Shown piece by piece: positions 10,081 to 20,394 of a DNA stretch of 64,000 nt. Source of the stretch: a bacterium. GTDB lineage: Bacteria > Patescibacteriota > Patescibacteriia > JBAXGH01. The position numbers and the translations under genes are program-made. The DNA is taken from assembly GCA_037139515.1 (NCBI GenBank), contig JBAXGH010000001.1:16101-80100 (forward strand). The letters run 5' to 3'. The notes beneath the pieces were generated by a model. The model did no database searches. It had not been told where the DNA came from and saw only the letters and a list, made by a program, of their open reading frames with translations. Numbering within the stretch: position 1 is the stretch's first letter; the number at the start of each line of letters is the position of its first letter.

Positions 10081-10082
10081 AT

Positions 10083-10691
10083 ATGATTTCTCAACCGCTC
10101 ACCAAAAAACAAAAAGACATTCTGGACTTTGTGAAAAAGTTCGTCGCTACAGAAGGCTACGCTCCTTCCTACGCGGAAATTGCTGAACACTTCGAACTCT
10201 CATCAAAAGCGTCGGTCGCGCAGTACATCAGCACCCTCCAAGAGAAAGGATATCTCACAAAAGATGGCACTGCTCGTGGAGTCGCCATGACCGAAGAAAC
10301 TCCAAAGCGCACAGCTTTCGAACTCCCCCTTCTCGGCTTAATCGCCGCTGGCACACCAATCGAAGCCCTCGAAGGCCGAGAAACCATGACTATTCCGGAA
10401 GAACTGGTACGCGATCCGTCGCTCTCATATGTTTTGAAAGTCATGGGAACTTCAATGATAGAAGATGGCATTCTCCCGGGTGACTTCGTGGTAGTTGAAA
10501 AAAACGAAAAACCAAATAACGGCGACACCGTTGTCGCGCTGCTCGAAAACACCTACGCGACACTAAAAAGATTCTACAAAGAACCGGGAAGAATCAGGCT
10601 CCAGCCGGCAAACAGCACCATGCAACCGATCTATACAAACGACGTAACGGTCCAAGGTATAGTCCGCGCGATTATCCGAAAGTATACGTAG
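10083..10691 (+). CDS. lexA: SOS repressor LexA
   Basis: wHTH (PSYAEIA), cleavage site IAAG-TP, catalytic GTSM and TLKR. Confidence 0.95.
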   Translation: MISQPLTKKQKDILDFVKKFVATEGYAPSYAEIAEHFELSSKASVAQYISTLQEKGYLTKDGTARGVAMTEETPKRTAFELPLLGLIAAGTPIEALEGRETMTIPEELVRDPSLSYVLKVMGTSMIEDGILPGDFVVVEKNEKPNNGDTVVALLENTYATLKRFYKEPGRIRLQPANSTMQPIYTNDVTVQGIVRAIIRKYT

Positions 10692-10806
10692 GACATCCCT
10701 AATCCCTAAGCTCTAACCTCTAATCCCTAGCCCCACCCATATGCCATTTCCTTAAACAAAAGGGCTGATTAAATTTACCTCCCCAACACATTTTACCAAT
10801 AAATAT

Positions 10807-10980
10807 ATGCTACAATCATCGCTTTTCTCTTCGCTCACAATGAAGATTTTCAATCGTCGAAAATTTCGAATGTCGCGCAGATTCGCTGCCCATAAAAACG
10901 ACAGTCAGAAAAAGAAGCAGACAGCGATGAAACTTGTACGCGCCCCGCTTTCACTAACACCATATCCTTCAGCTTTCTAA
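10807..10980 (+). CDS. Possible small basic protein (57 aa)
   Basis: ATG to TAA ORF read by hand in the lexA-dinB cluster; no recognised motif. Confidence 0.3.
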   Translation: MLQSSLFSSLTMKIFNRRKFRMSRRFAAHKNDSQKKKQTAMKLVRAPLSLTPYPSAF

Positions 10981-10999
10981 ATCATAAATCATTTTGCCG

Positions 11000-11254
11000 A
11001 TGTACGATCACATCAATGAACCGGTCGAGACTACGGTTGAATTCAGATCGCCCGTAGTACGTCCCCTTTCAATGCGCTGGAATAATCGAGACTATCAAAT
11101 AGGAAGCGTCAACATGGTACATAAGGCACGTGACGGCGATTCAAGGATTTTCTTCTTCACGGTATCCGAAAAATCTAACGCTAATATATTTAAACTACAA
11201 TTTAATACTGAAACATTAGAATGGCGTCTCCTCGAAATTTATAATGAGAATTAG
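11000..11254 (+). CDS. Small conserved-looking protein in SOS cluster (DUF6504-like)
   Basis: P-x-x-x-x-W-x-x-R-x-Y-x-I and F-x-L-x-F...W-x-L pattern; lies between lexA and dinB. Confidence 0.6.
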   Translation: MYDHINEPVETTVEFRSPVVRPLSMRWNNRDYQIGSVNMVHKARDGDSRIFFFTVSEKSNANIFKLQFNTETLEWRLLEIYNEN

Positions 11255-11434
11255 TACCGCATTAGTTTAGTTTTATACGGGAAAGCTTTCAGCTTTGGAT
11301 GAGATGCCTCGCGCTGGAGGGCAAAAAAACCGCAGAAGTATTGAACATACTTTGAGGATTTTTTCGCCTGAAGCGCGAGACAGCTCGCCAAAGATGAGAG
11401 CTTTAGCGTCAAAATTAAATTAATGCGGTACTAA
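11251..11434. mobile_element. MITE-like 184-bp imperfect palindrome
   Basis: Perfect 14-bp terminal inverted repeat ttagtaccgcatta / taatgcggtactaa with nested internal complementarity. Confidence 0.55.
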
Positions 11435-11693
11435 GGGAGGCGCCCAAGCGCCGGGTTCCGGTATGATTTTTCTAAAATATTCTTACACTACGTACCATGC
11501 TCAATGCCGATATATTTTGAATCATCTAAATTGTGATTTTGAAGCTCGCATTAAAAATGAGTTTTCATACACATTAGATTCCAAACATGTCAGCAATGAA
11601 ATGAGGAATACCGAAGAATAATCGTGATTTGCGCGCTCCTCCTCCGCAAATCTACATGCACGACTGGAGCCCGACGCTTGCTCGTAAATATAT

Positions 11694-12896
11694 ATGCTTG
11701 AACGCATCATTTTTCACATCGATATGAATGCGTTTTTTGCTTCCGTAGCACAACAGGCTAACCCCCTGCTCCGCGGAAAGCCTATTGGTGTTGGTGGTAA
11801 ACCCGGAACACGTTCAATTATCGCCGCTGCCTCATATGAAGCTAAAAGACTGGGCGTGAAATCAATCATGAACTCGTACGAGGCGCTCAAAATAGCTCCT
11901 AACTTAATCATCGTTGATGGCGACAATGAAGCTTATATCGAGGCCAATCATCGTTTCGTAACAATCTTTAAAAGATATACACATCTGGTTGAGGTATTTT
12001 CTATCGACGAATGTTGGCTCGATATGACCGGTTACGCAAAATCATACGAACATGCTCGCGAACTAGCCATTGCGATAAAAGAAGACATGCGCCGTGAACT
12101 CGGCGAGTGCATTACCTGTTCAATCGGTATCGCGCCGAATAAACTGCTTGCTAAACTTGCTTCTGACAAAGAAAAACCAAACGGTCTTTATATCATTAGA
12201 CCAAGCTCGGTTTCGGTGATAATGAAAACAACAAAACCAAACGAGCTACTTGGAATCGGACCACGCGTCAGCTTGCACATGGAGCGTCTCGGCCTGAAAA
12301 CAAACGAGCAAATAGCTGAAGCTCCAGATAATCTGCTCGAGAATGAATTCGGGATTCTCGGCGCAATATACAAACTAATCACGAAAGGCATCGACGAGTC
12401 TCCGGTAATCTCAATCAGCTCGACAGCAAAATCTGTTGGAAATTCTTATACGATGCCGCTTGATAGCGCCGATTCACGCATACTTAAGCCAACGCTTTTT
12501 GCTATATGCGAAAAGGTTGCGCGTAGGTTGCGAAGAGATGGTCTTCTGGCCCGCCAAATTACCACCTGGGGTAGGTATAAAAACTTCGAAGGATCATTTC
12601 GTCTCATGCGCACCCTGGACGCACCGACTTTCGATGCAAAGACACTTCTCGAAACAAGTTTACCGATAATAATGTCGGGCGCAAGAAGCGGCCCGATCCG
12701 CGCACTTGGTATCACGACCCACAACCTAATCAGCTCCACAAAAACTCCGCTACCACTTTGGACATCCGATCGCAAACGGATAATCGCAGCCTCGGCCTGC
12801 GATAAAATAAATAACCATTTCGGAGAAAGAACCATCAAACCGGCTAGCCTACTCGGAACAAGACTAAATCGGCACGTTTCCGGCTTTAAACCATAA
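11694..12896 (+). CDS. dinB: Y-family DNA polymerase IV
   Basis: IFHIDMNAFFASV, AASYEAK, SIDECWLD, SIGIAPNKLLAKLAS. Confidence 0.95.
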   Translation: MLERIIFHIDMNAFFASVAQQANPLLRGKPIGVGGKPGTRSIIAAASYEAKRLGVKSIMNSYEALKIAPNLIIVDGDNEAYIEANHRFVTIFKRYTHLVEVFSIDECWLDMTGYAKSYEHARELAIAIKEDMRRELGECITCSIGIAPNKLLAKLASDKEKPNGLYIIRPSSVSVIMKTTKPNELLGIGPRVSLHMERLGLKTNEQIAEAPDNLLENEFGILGAIYKLITKGIDESPVISISSTAKSVGNSYTMPLDSADSRILKPTLFAICEKVARRLRRDGLLARQITTWGRYKNFEGSFRLMRTLDAPTFDAKTLLETSLPIIMSGARSGPIRALGITTHNLISSTKTPLPLWTSDRKRIIAASACDKINNHFGERTIKPASLLGTRLNRHVSGFKP

Positions 12897-12981
12897 TAAT
12901 AAATAAAAATTGACACAACTATCCCCTCCATGATGATATTCGTTTGCGAGCAAATAAACCTCATACAAGGAGAGGCTAGCC

Positions 12982-13473
12982 ATGAAACCCGGAGAGTCTG
13001 AGTACACGCCTGAAGAGCTGAGTGAAGCCAGAGAAATACTTCTCAAGCATTTCAAGGCTTTCCACGAAAACAATGGTCGCGGTCCGAGATTCGAAGAAAT
13101 CGGTAACCCCTACCAGTACAACTCACACAAAGGGCTTCTGTGGAGCATACTTCCGTCCTTCAAGGAGATTCGACGCCTCTTCGGTGGCGACTCGAACTCA
13201 GGAACCTATACCTGCGTCATGGAGGCTGCCGGATACGTTCCTTTTCCGGCCACAGAAAAGGACACCGTGAAGACGGCGTCACCGCCTAAAAAAGTGCTGA
13301 AAAAACCTGAACCGACGGTTCCAGAGCCTAAGCAACCGGAACCCGTCGCACCCGTTCTGACGCCCGAAGAAGTCGCAAAGAAATCAGCCGAGGCAAATGC
13401 GGTTGTTCCGCTCAGGCGCAAGCCTGGCTGGGGCGAAGCACAGCCCGCGACCAAAAAACCGGACTCGAATTGA
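12982..13473 (+). CDS. Hypothetical protein with Pro/Lys-rich tail
   Basis: TTGACA at 12910, SD-like aaggag, terminator-like hairpin at 3' end. Confidence 0.65.
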   Translation: MKPGESEYTPEELSEAREILLKHFKAFHENNGRGPRFEEIGNPYQYNSHKGLLWSILPSFKEIRRLFGGDSNSGTYTCVMEAAGYVPFPATEKDTVKTASPPKKVLKKPEPTVPEPKQPEPVAPVLTPEEVAKKSAEANAVVPLRRKPGWGEAQPATKKPDSN

Positions 13474-13503
13474 GCCGGTTCTTTTTAATACTGTAAGAAG
13501 TAT

Positions 13504-14037
13504 TTAAAATTTGCCCTCCAGAATATGCGTGCTTGGTGCCGGATTTTTGTCGTTTTTTTCAAGCGTGATAATTATTTCGGAAAAACCTCGGAGGTCATCT
13601 TTTACTTCGAAAGCAAGACCGAATTTATCGTCGGTGCGCAGAATCATGGCGCCGAGCGACATAAACTTATACGGATCAGGTTGCACCGCCCAGACTTCGT
13701 AATAATAATTATTTTCAGGCTTCGGCAATTCTCCAATCACGGAAAATACCGACTTGCCGTCGGTAATTTTACGCGTAAATCTGGCTTGAGTTTTTCCACC
13801 TGTCGTATCGCGTAATTCCAAAGTCTGATCAAGATCGGATTTTGGTGACGATGAAGGTGCTGCATTCACAGCTGCAACGCTCACGGCTTCAGTCTTAACT
13901 TCAGAAGGATTATTGTTGGCTGCAAAATAACCCGCTCCACCAATTAAGGCGAACGTAATTATCATCAATTGAACAGCAAGCGCACCGCGCTGACTGCGGC
14001 GCTTGTATGTTCCGTAACCCGCAAACCTCCTCTGCAT
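13504..14037 (-). CDS. Membrane-anchored anti-sigma factor RskA C-terminal-like protein
   Basis: One TM helix; LPKP...YYEVW...SLG...IIITLE...PS pattern. Confidence 0.6.
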   Translation of the reverse strand: MQRRFAGYGTYKRRSQRGALAVQLMIITFALIGGAGYFAANNNPSEVKTEAVSVAAVNAAPSSSPKSDLDQTLELRDTTGGKTQARFTRKITDGKSVFSVIGELPKPENNYYYEVWAVQPDPYKFMSLGAMILRTDDKFGLAFEVKDDLRGFSEIIITLEKNDKNPAPSTHILEGKF

Positions 14038-14064
14038 AATGACTGTTTAGAGAATCCTGACATA

Positions 14065-15207
14065 TTATACCATATCACGCACAGCCTTCGCTATGATACC
14101 CGAAATTCGGGTATCAAGAATGTCTGGCAAGATATTTTCAGGACCCGGATTGTCTACAGTTTCAGCAAGAGCATGGGCAGCTGCGAGCTTCATTTTTTCT
14201 GTCACCTTTTTGACACGTGCATCGAGCAGTCCGCGAAAAAACCCTGGGAAAATAAAGGCGTTATTGACCTGATTTGGAAAATCAGAGCGACCGGTTGCGA
14301 CCACCATAGCACCGGCGCTCTTAGCCAAATCAGGCATAATTTCCGGAGTCGGATTCGCCATCGCAAAAACGATTGCCCGTGGTGCCATGCTCGCAATTCC
14401 GGATTCATCCACAACTCCCGGCTGGCTCAAACCGAGAAATAAGTCAGCACCAACCAAAGCTCCCCGCAAATCAGACGAAACATTTCGCGGATTCGTCATT
14501 TTCATGAGTTCGATCTTGGCATCATTCAAATCAGTTCTTCCGGAATGCAACGCGCCCTTAGAATCAAAAACCACAACGTCGCGAAGTCCGGCAAGCATCA
14601 AAAGCTTAACAACTGCAGTCCCGGCGGCGCCGGCGCCCGAAACAACCGCTCGCACATCAGCAATATTTTTTCCGACGACTTTAAGCGCATTCAAAAGTGC
14701 GGCCAGCACTACAATAGCCGTGCCGTGCTGATCATCGTGAAAAACCGGAATATCGAGAAGCTCGCGCAAACGAGCTTCGATTTCAAAGCAGCGCGGCGCC
14801 GAGATATCTTCCAAATTTATGCCACCAAAGGAAGGCGCGATTCGTACCACGGTTTCGATAATCTCTTCAACATCCTGAGTATTCAAAACAATCGGAAAAG
14901 CATCAACCCCGCCAAAAGACTTGAATAGCGCCGCCTTTCCCTCCATAACCGGAAGCGATGCTAAAGCACCCAAATTCCCGAGTCCGAGAATCGCCGACCC
15001 GTCAGAAACAACTGCGACGGTATTTTTCCGACATGTAAGTTCAAACGCCAAAGCCGGATTTGCGGCTACAGCCAGAACCACATCAGCAACTCCTGGAGTA
15101 TATGCGAGCGACAAATCTTCGCGTGTTGCAAGCGGAACTTTTGCCGTCACTTCAATCTTGCCGCCGAATTTTTTGTGCATTTCAATCGAACGTTCACCAA
15201 GTGTCAT
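14065..15207 (-). CDS. NAD(P)-dependent malic enzyme
   Basis: AYTPGVA, SDGSAILGLG, INLEDI, FHDDQHGT, GAGAAG, FAMANP, NQVNN. Confidence 0.95.
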   Translation of the reverse strand: MTLGERSIEMHKKFGGKIEVTAKVPLATREDLSLAYTPGVADVVLAVAANPALAFELTCRKNTVAVVSDGSAILGLGNLGALASLPVMEGKAALFKSFGGVDAFPIVLNTQDVEEIIETVVRIAPSFGGINLEDISAPRCFEIEARLRELLDIPVFHDDQHGTAIVVLAALLNALKVVGKNIADVRAVVSGAGAAGTAVVKLLMLAGLRDVVVFDSKGALHSGRTDLNDAKIELMKMTNPRNVSSDLRGALVGADLFLGLSQPGVVDESGIASMAPRAIVFAMANPTPEIMPDLAKSAGAMVVATGRSDFPNQVNNAFIFPGFFRGLLDARVKKVTEKMKLAAAHALAETVDNPGPENILPDILDTRISGIIAKAVRDMV

Positions 15208-15211
15208 ATGT

Positions 15212-17311
15212 TTATTTTTTAGGTTCGCCAAAACTATCAAGCTCAATTACCCCATCATCATCTTTAAATTCATCATCCGTTTTCCAAACCGTAGCGGTAC
15301 GGTCAGATTTTTCGTGATGCCCCCGCCCGCGTTCTTCTTTTTTTCGACCTGCATAACGAAGCTCGAGTTTCTCGTATAGGTGAGGCGAGATTTCATCAAC
15401 AAACATCGAAGGCTGAACCACCTCAAGATACTCATCCCCCATGACAGACGGGTAAGTCAAAAATAGTTTTCGCGCCGCCCGAGTCACGGCCACGTAAAAC
15501 AAGCGACGTTCCTCTTCCAAGCCATTCGGTTCCTCCATGGCGCGCCGATTTGGGAAATATTGATCGCACAAATGCATCACAAAAACCGTGTGCCACTCAA
15601 GACCCTTCGCTTGATGAATAGTCGAAAGCACTAAATGATCTTCATTTACATCATCATCGCCGGATCTTTGCGCTACGATTCCGTCGTACAAACTGACTTC
15701 GGCCAAAAACGCCGCCGGATCATCATATTGCGCCGCAAAAACCGCGAGCTGCTCCAAATCATCAAGTCTTTCTTCAAAGTTCGGAAACTCGGCCGCGAGA
15801 ATATCGCGATAAACAGATTTTGGAACCGCGCGAATCATTGAAGACGCCGAATCGGAGTTACCCATCACGGCGCGAATCACGCTTTCTATTTCTCTGAATC
15901 CTTCCCGCGAACGCGAAGTTAAAGCCGACGGAATTAACACCAAACCTTCCGCCAAAGTTTTAGCTTCGATCTGAGAAATAAAAGCTTTGCGAGCAGCCGC
16001 CTCCCCGATTCCTTTCCCCAAAAGAAGCGCACGCATCCAGGCCATTTCGTCTTTCGGATTCACCGACAAGCGCACAAAAGCCAGCGCGTCTTTAATATGA
16101 GAACGCTCAAAAAACTTCATGCCTCCGCGATATTCATAAGGAATCCCGCGCTTCATGAGCTCAAATTCAAGCTGTTGCGAATGATGTGCGGCGCGGAACA
16201 GAACGCAGGCGTCGGAAAACGGACGTCCTTCGCCGTTGATTTTCGTGAGCATTTCGGCAATGAAATGCGCTTCTTCGTGCGCACTCGCGGTCGGCACCAA
16301 AAATGGCTTCTCCCCGCTTGCAATCGCGCTCTTCAAATGTTTTTTAAATTGATTAGCATTGCGCGAAATACTTTCATTCGCGAGTTCCAAGATTTCCGGC
16401 GTCGAACGATAATTTGTTTCCAGACGAAAAGTTTTCGCGTCCTGGTAGCGCTTTGGGAATGACAATATATTCCCGATGTCGGCTGCGCGAAAAGAATAAA
16501 TCGATTGCGCATCGTCGCCAACCACAAGAAGATTTTTGTGAACCGAAGAAAGCGCATCAACTACATCCGACTGCAGCGCATTCGTGTCCTGAAACTCATC
16601 GACCAAAACATATTTAAATCGCGAAGACCATTCATAGCGAGCCGATTCGGAATCGACGAGCATTCGACGAAGCAAAACTAACAAATCATCAAAATCGACG
16701 GCATTCGCAGCGCGTTTTTTCTCATCATACTTTCTGATTACGCGAGAAATATCGCCTTCGATTTCAGAGAACTGCGGATATTTGCGAGTAATCACTTCGA
16801 ATAAATTTTTGGAAGCGTTACGCGAATAACTCGCAATCGATTTAACCACGTTCGCCGAAGGAAAACGCTTCTGCGAGGTGTCGACACCTTCTTCTTTGAC
16901 CGCGAGCTTCATCAAATCTTTAGCATCGTCTTCATCCATGATGGTGAAATTCTTTTGCAAGCCGACCCGTTCCGGTGCCGCCCGAAGAATCCGATTTGCG
17001 ACATGATGAAAAGTTCCGCTCCACAAACCCGGCGCTGCTCGTCCAAGCGAAGCCGAAACCCGATCAAGCATCTCGCGTGCAGCCTTATTTGTGAAAGTTA
17101 ATAATAGTATTTCATCCGGACGCACGCCCTGTTCGAGCAGATAAGCCACACGATACACAAGCGTGCGGGTCTTTCCGGAACCGGCACCAGCCAAAACCAA
17201 AACTCGCCCATCACCACCTTTTACGACCGCAAACTGCTCACCGTTGAGTTCTTTTTCAAAATCAATCGCTCGCCCGTTAAAAGCCGAACCCTGCATTTCA
17301 AAAACAGCCAT
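15212..17311 (-). CDS. UvrD/PcrA-family SF1 DNA helicase
   Basis: AGAGSGKT, TFTNKAA, VDEFQD, GDDAQSIYSFR, NYRS, TIHQAKGLEW, EERRLFYVAVTRA. Confidence 0.95.
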   Translation of the reverse strand: MAVFEMQGSAFNGRAIDFEKELNGEQFAVVKGGDGRVLVLAGAGSGKTRTLVYRVAYLLEQGVRPDEILLLTFTNKAAREMLDRVSASLGRAAPGLWSGTFHHVANRILRAAPERVGLQKNFTIMDEDDAKDLMKLAVKEEGVDTSQKRFPSANVVKSIASYSRNASKNLFEVITRKYPQFSEIEGDISRVIRKYDEKKRAANAVDFDDLLVLLRRMLVDSESARYEWSSRFKYVLVDEFQDTNALQSDVVDALSSVHKNLLVVGDDAQSIYSFRAADIGNILSFPKRYQDAKTFRLETNYRSTPEILELANESISRNANQFKKHLKSAIASGEKPFLVPTASAHEEAHFIAEMLTKINGEGRPFSDACVLFRAAHHSQQLEFELMKRGIPYEYRGGMKFFERSHIKDALAFVRLSVNPKDEMAWMRALLLGKGIGEAAARKAFISQIEAKTLAEGLVLIPSALTSRSREGFREIESVIRAVMGNSDSASSMIRAVPKSVYRDILAAEFPNFEERLDDLEQLAVFAAQYDDPAAFLAEVSLYDGIVAQRSGDDDVNEDHLVLSTIHQAKGLEWHTVFVMHLCDQYFPNRRAMEEPNGLEEERRLFYVAVTRAARKLFLTYPSVMGDEYLEVVQPSMFVDEISPHLYEKLELRYAGRKKEERGRGHHEKSDRTATVWKTDDEFKDDDGVIELDSFGEPKK

Positions 17312-17423
17312 AGAATCAAAATCAACGAAAAGTGCTTAGATTATTGCCAAGCAATCTTACCAGGACAAAAAAAATTGAACAGGGGCTAAAATCCCTGTTC
17401 ATATGACACCGAATCCGAACTAC

Positions 17424-18623
17424 TCAGCCAAGGTACGAGGTGAACTCGCGAACCGAATTACGCACGTTCAGCATCCACTTTCGCGAACCACCAAGGTCGG
17501 CTCCGTCATAGCGGTCCTGAACAGCCTGGATGCAGCTACGGGCCTCCTCCCGAAGGGCGCTAGAGACACTTCCCTGCGCCCTCCACATGGCCCGCAGAGT
17601 CCGCTTGCGCAGCTCCCGAACCGCCTGCTTGAATCCGTCTCCAATGAGAGGCGAAGACTGCAAGTAGCCGTTCTCGATGTTCGTCTTCTGCACGGATTCG
17701 ATGTGCTCCGAAGCCCGCGCCCGATCACGCAGTTCCGACGTGAGCATCCGAATTTCCATCCGTCCGTGATTTCCGGGACTCACGAAGTCTCGGGCAAGCA
17801 CCGTCTGAAGATGCTCGCTGATGCGCACATACGGACGCGCCGTAATGCCCTGAAGCAGCGTCGTTGCCCTCGCGGCACCTTCCATGAACCTCTCAACTTC
17901 CGATCCCGAAAGCGCGTTTCGACTTGCCGCCCGCAGAAACCAGTACTCGCCGAATCTGCGCACGGCGTCAAAGACCCCGTGATACTCGTCGACCAGCGCC
18001 CGCATCGCGAGCACGTCGGTATCGATGAATTGGTAGATCCGACCAACTTCGCGCAGACGATTCCAGAGTTCCGAATTCGCCGAAACCAGCTGTGCCGCCG
18101 ACTTGCCGGGATTCACGCGATTGCGCTTGTCACGCATGTTCGCGCCGTGCACCAACTCCTCGAAAGCATGAACCTTGTGCTCATTCTCAACGTTCACAAG
18201 ATCAGCCGCGACGTGCAGAGCGAGCTTCTGAACACTCGCCTGCACCGTACCCTTCAGCCCGGCATACATATTGATGTACGAAAGTGCTTCGTGAACCGTC
18301 CTGCGATGTGCCAGAAGCTCGGGCGTTTCGTACCACTCAACCGCCCTCTTCCTGTGGCGCATCATTCCGCTCATCGCGTCCCAGACACCCTGGTCATAGA
18401 CGTCGAATCGTCCCTTGACCCAGCGCCCCGACATGTGAAGCACGGTGCCGTGAGGCAGGATGAGAATCGCGCCATCGATGTCGAAGATCTGTCTTCCACG
18501 CGTGATAAGCGTCCTCGGGCTCCCACGAACACGGTCGACCGCCACACTTACTTCACCATACTTCGTCTGAATTCCTGGACCCGCACTCGGCTTTTCGACC
18601 ACGAACGCCTCCGATTGGCGCAA
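17424..18623 (-). CDS. Hypothetical helical protein (GC-rich accessory gene)
   Basis: Minus-strand promoter (TTGACA 18684-79, TGtTATATT) upstream; hairpin plus T-run at about 17370-17401 downstream. Confidence 0.6.
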   Translation of the reverse strand: MRQSEAFVVEKPSAGPGIQTKYGEVSVAVDRVRGSPRTLITRGRQIFDIDGAILILPHGTVLHMSGRWVKGRFDVYDQGVWDAMSGMMRHRKRAVEWYETPELLAHRRTVHEALSYINMYAGLKGTVQASVQKLALHVAADLVNVENEHKVHAFEELVHGANMRDKRNRVNPGKSAAQLVSANSELWNRLREVGRIYQFIDTDVLAMRALVDEYHGVFDAVRRFGEYWFLRAASRNALSGSEVERFMEGAARATTLLQGITARPYVRISEHLQTVLARDFVSPGNHGRMEIRMLTSELRDRARASEHIESVQKTNIENGYLQSSPLIGDGFKQAVRELRKRTLRAMWRAQGSVSSALREEARSCIQAVQDRYDGADLGGSRKWMLNVRNSVREFTSYLG

Positions 18624-18708
18624 AGCGCCATTAAAGAAAAGGTCTGACCCGACGGCAATATAACAAAAAACAGGCTTTTGTCAAGCCTGTTTTTTACGAT
18701 TTGAATGC

Positions 18709-19389
18709 TTATTCTTCTTCCACAAACATGTGTCCGAAAACGTAAGCGAGCACGAGCTGGATCCAGAACATAATCATGTTTAACGAATGTGTTGATGGGC
18801 TCATCCAGCCAGCGGCAAAATAGAAGTTCGCGCTCATAAAAGCTCCAAAAAGCAGAGTCACGACCGAAAGCGCAAGTAAGCTCCTATGGTTTTCATGGCT
18901 CTCAAACATCAGGAATCCTGCAGCAAAGATAAGTCCGAGACCGACAAACAGCTCTCCCCAAGCAACCATGTATCCGAAGATATCAGCATATCCAATCGCG
19001 AAACTGACCAAAAAGTCGCGATACCAGCCATTTGGATTATTAAGCGCAAAAGCTCCGAGGGACTTGGACATTCCGGCTATGAAAGCCGGGTTCAAAATCT
19101 TAGAGACACCGGAAACCAACCATTCATAACCAAATACTATCTGAACCAGAAGTAAAGCAAAGCGATAAAGAGATCCGTATTTATGCTTCGGGGATTTTTC
19201 CAGAATACCGACTTTTTCAGCCAACCAACATCTGCCCATGGCAACTTCGAGCACCATGACTCCGCCGAAAATTATCACGCCGATTTGAGCAAGCGGGTTT
19301 TTGAAAATCGCAAGCGCGGAAAAGAAGGCAATCAGTGCCAGAGAAAAGCGTACCGACCTCTCAAAAATATTCAACTTTTGTTTTAACAT
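18709..19389 (-). CDS. DUF2892-like domain fused to DoxX / TQO small subunit-like membrane protein
   Basis: LNIFERSVR...GRCW; GYEWLVSGVSK, WYRDFL, GELFVGLGL, MSANFY. Confidence 0.7.
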   Translation of the reverse strand: MLKQKLNIFERSVRFSLALIAFFSALAIFKNPLAQIGVIIFGGVMVLEVAMGRCWLAEKVGILEKSPKHKYGSLYRFALLLVQIVFGYEWLVSGVSKILNPAFIAGMSKSLGAFALNNPNGWYRDFLVSFAIGYADIFGYMVAWGELFVGLGLIFAAGFLMFESHENHRSLLALSVVTLLFGAFMSANFYFAAGWMSPSTHSLNMIMFWIQLVLAYVFGHMFVEEE

Positions 19390-19488
19390 AAGCGATGTAT
19401 ATTATTAACGCCTAATATTATACCACTCAGACAATAAAAACCTGACGTGATATCATGATTACACTAATTAATATGAAATTTTTTTCAT

Positions 19489-20352
19489 ATGGCTATCGAC
19501 GTCGAAGGAGGTGCGCTGAATCCGGACGAACAAATGGTTTTCGATCACGATCTTGAAGATTTAAAAAAGGCCTCTGAAGCACTCGGACTCAAAGGCCTCG
19601 AAGGGCGTTTGAAGTATGGCTTGGATCCGGCCGCAATGATGGTCGTCGGTGATACTCGCGAGGAAGTTGAGAGAATCACAAAAGAACTCGGCGTTTCAAT
19701 GATGGACGTTTTGCCGCTCATCAAGAAACTTCATCAGGAAGGTCCATGGGGGCTCGCATCACAACTCAAAGCGGCAGAAGATCCTAAAATCCAAACTTAT
19801 TTGGTACTCGCTTCTATCTGCCACGAGTCCCGTGCCGGCTACACGCCAGCAGAATACATAGCAGACCGAAAGCGCGTGGTTCAGGAGCTAGCCGACTTCA
19901 CCCCGGAGCGATTTGATGAGTACAAAGAAAAAATCACACGCGAATTGAAAATTGAGAGCGTAGCAGCTGATGGTCGCGTGCCAATCGCCGAAGGAGATGT
20001 CGCCCTACCACTTTCTGCGCTCGGCTACGAAGGCTGCGTTACAAAAATAAAAGACATGCGTTTCTGCCAGACATCAAGCATTCCTGATGCTTTGCTCCAA
20101 AATGAGGGTTTGAGCAAGGGCTTTGCGGAAGTCTTCAACCCGGCAAAGGATGATTTCGAACGAGTTTCGCTTTCGGATCCGAATAGCGCCAAAGGACGAG
20201 TCGTTTGGGTGAAGAACGAAGACATTGGAAAACCTGAAGCAGACATGAAGCCAATCGTGAAGCGCCTATATCCCGGATATGTGCTCGCATATAACGATGA
20301 AGAATTAGCTGTCAGACTTGTGAGCGAAGCGATTGACGCAGGTAAAAAATAA
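19489..20352 (+). CDS. Hypothetical protein
   Basis: 287-aa ORF ending at a shared terminator. Confidence 0.7.
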   Translation: MAIDVEGGALNPDEQMVFDHDLEDLKKASEALGLKGLEGRLKYGLDPAAMMVVGDTREEVERITKELGVSMMDVLPLIKKLHQEGPWGLASQLKAAEDPKIQTYLVLASICHESRAGYTPAEYIADRKRVVQELADFTPERFDEYKEKITRELKIESVAADGRVPIAEGDVALPLSALGYEGCVTKIKDMRFCQTSSIPDALLQNEGLSKGFAEVFNPAKDDFERVSLSDPNSAKGRVVWVKNEDIGKPEADMKPIVKRLYPGYVLAYNDEELAVRLVSEAIDAGKK

Positions 20353-20356
20353 GTCC

Positions 20357-20385
20357 AAAAAACACCGGCCGAACCGGTGTTTTTT
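20357..20385. terminator. Bidirectional intrinsic terminator
   Basis: aaaaaacaccgg-ccgaa-ccggtgtttttt. Confidence 0.8.
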
Positions 20386-20394
20386 ATTCGCGAA

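Noticed and set aside
17403-18647. 414-aa plus-strand ORF
   Set aside because: Antisense shadow; promoter and terminator orientation favour the minus-strand ORF, though neither has a recognised domain.
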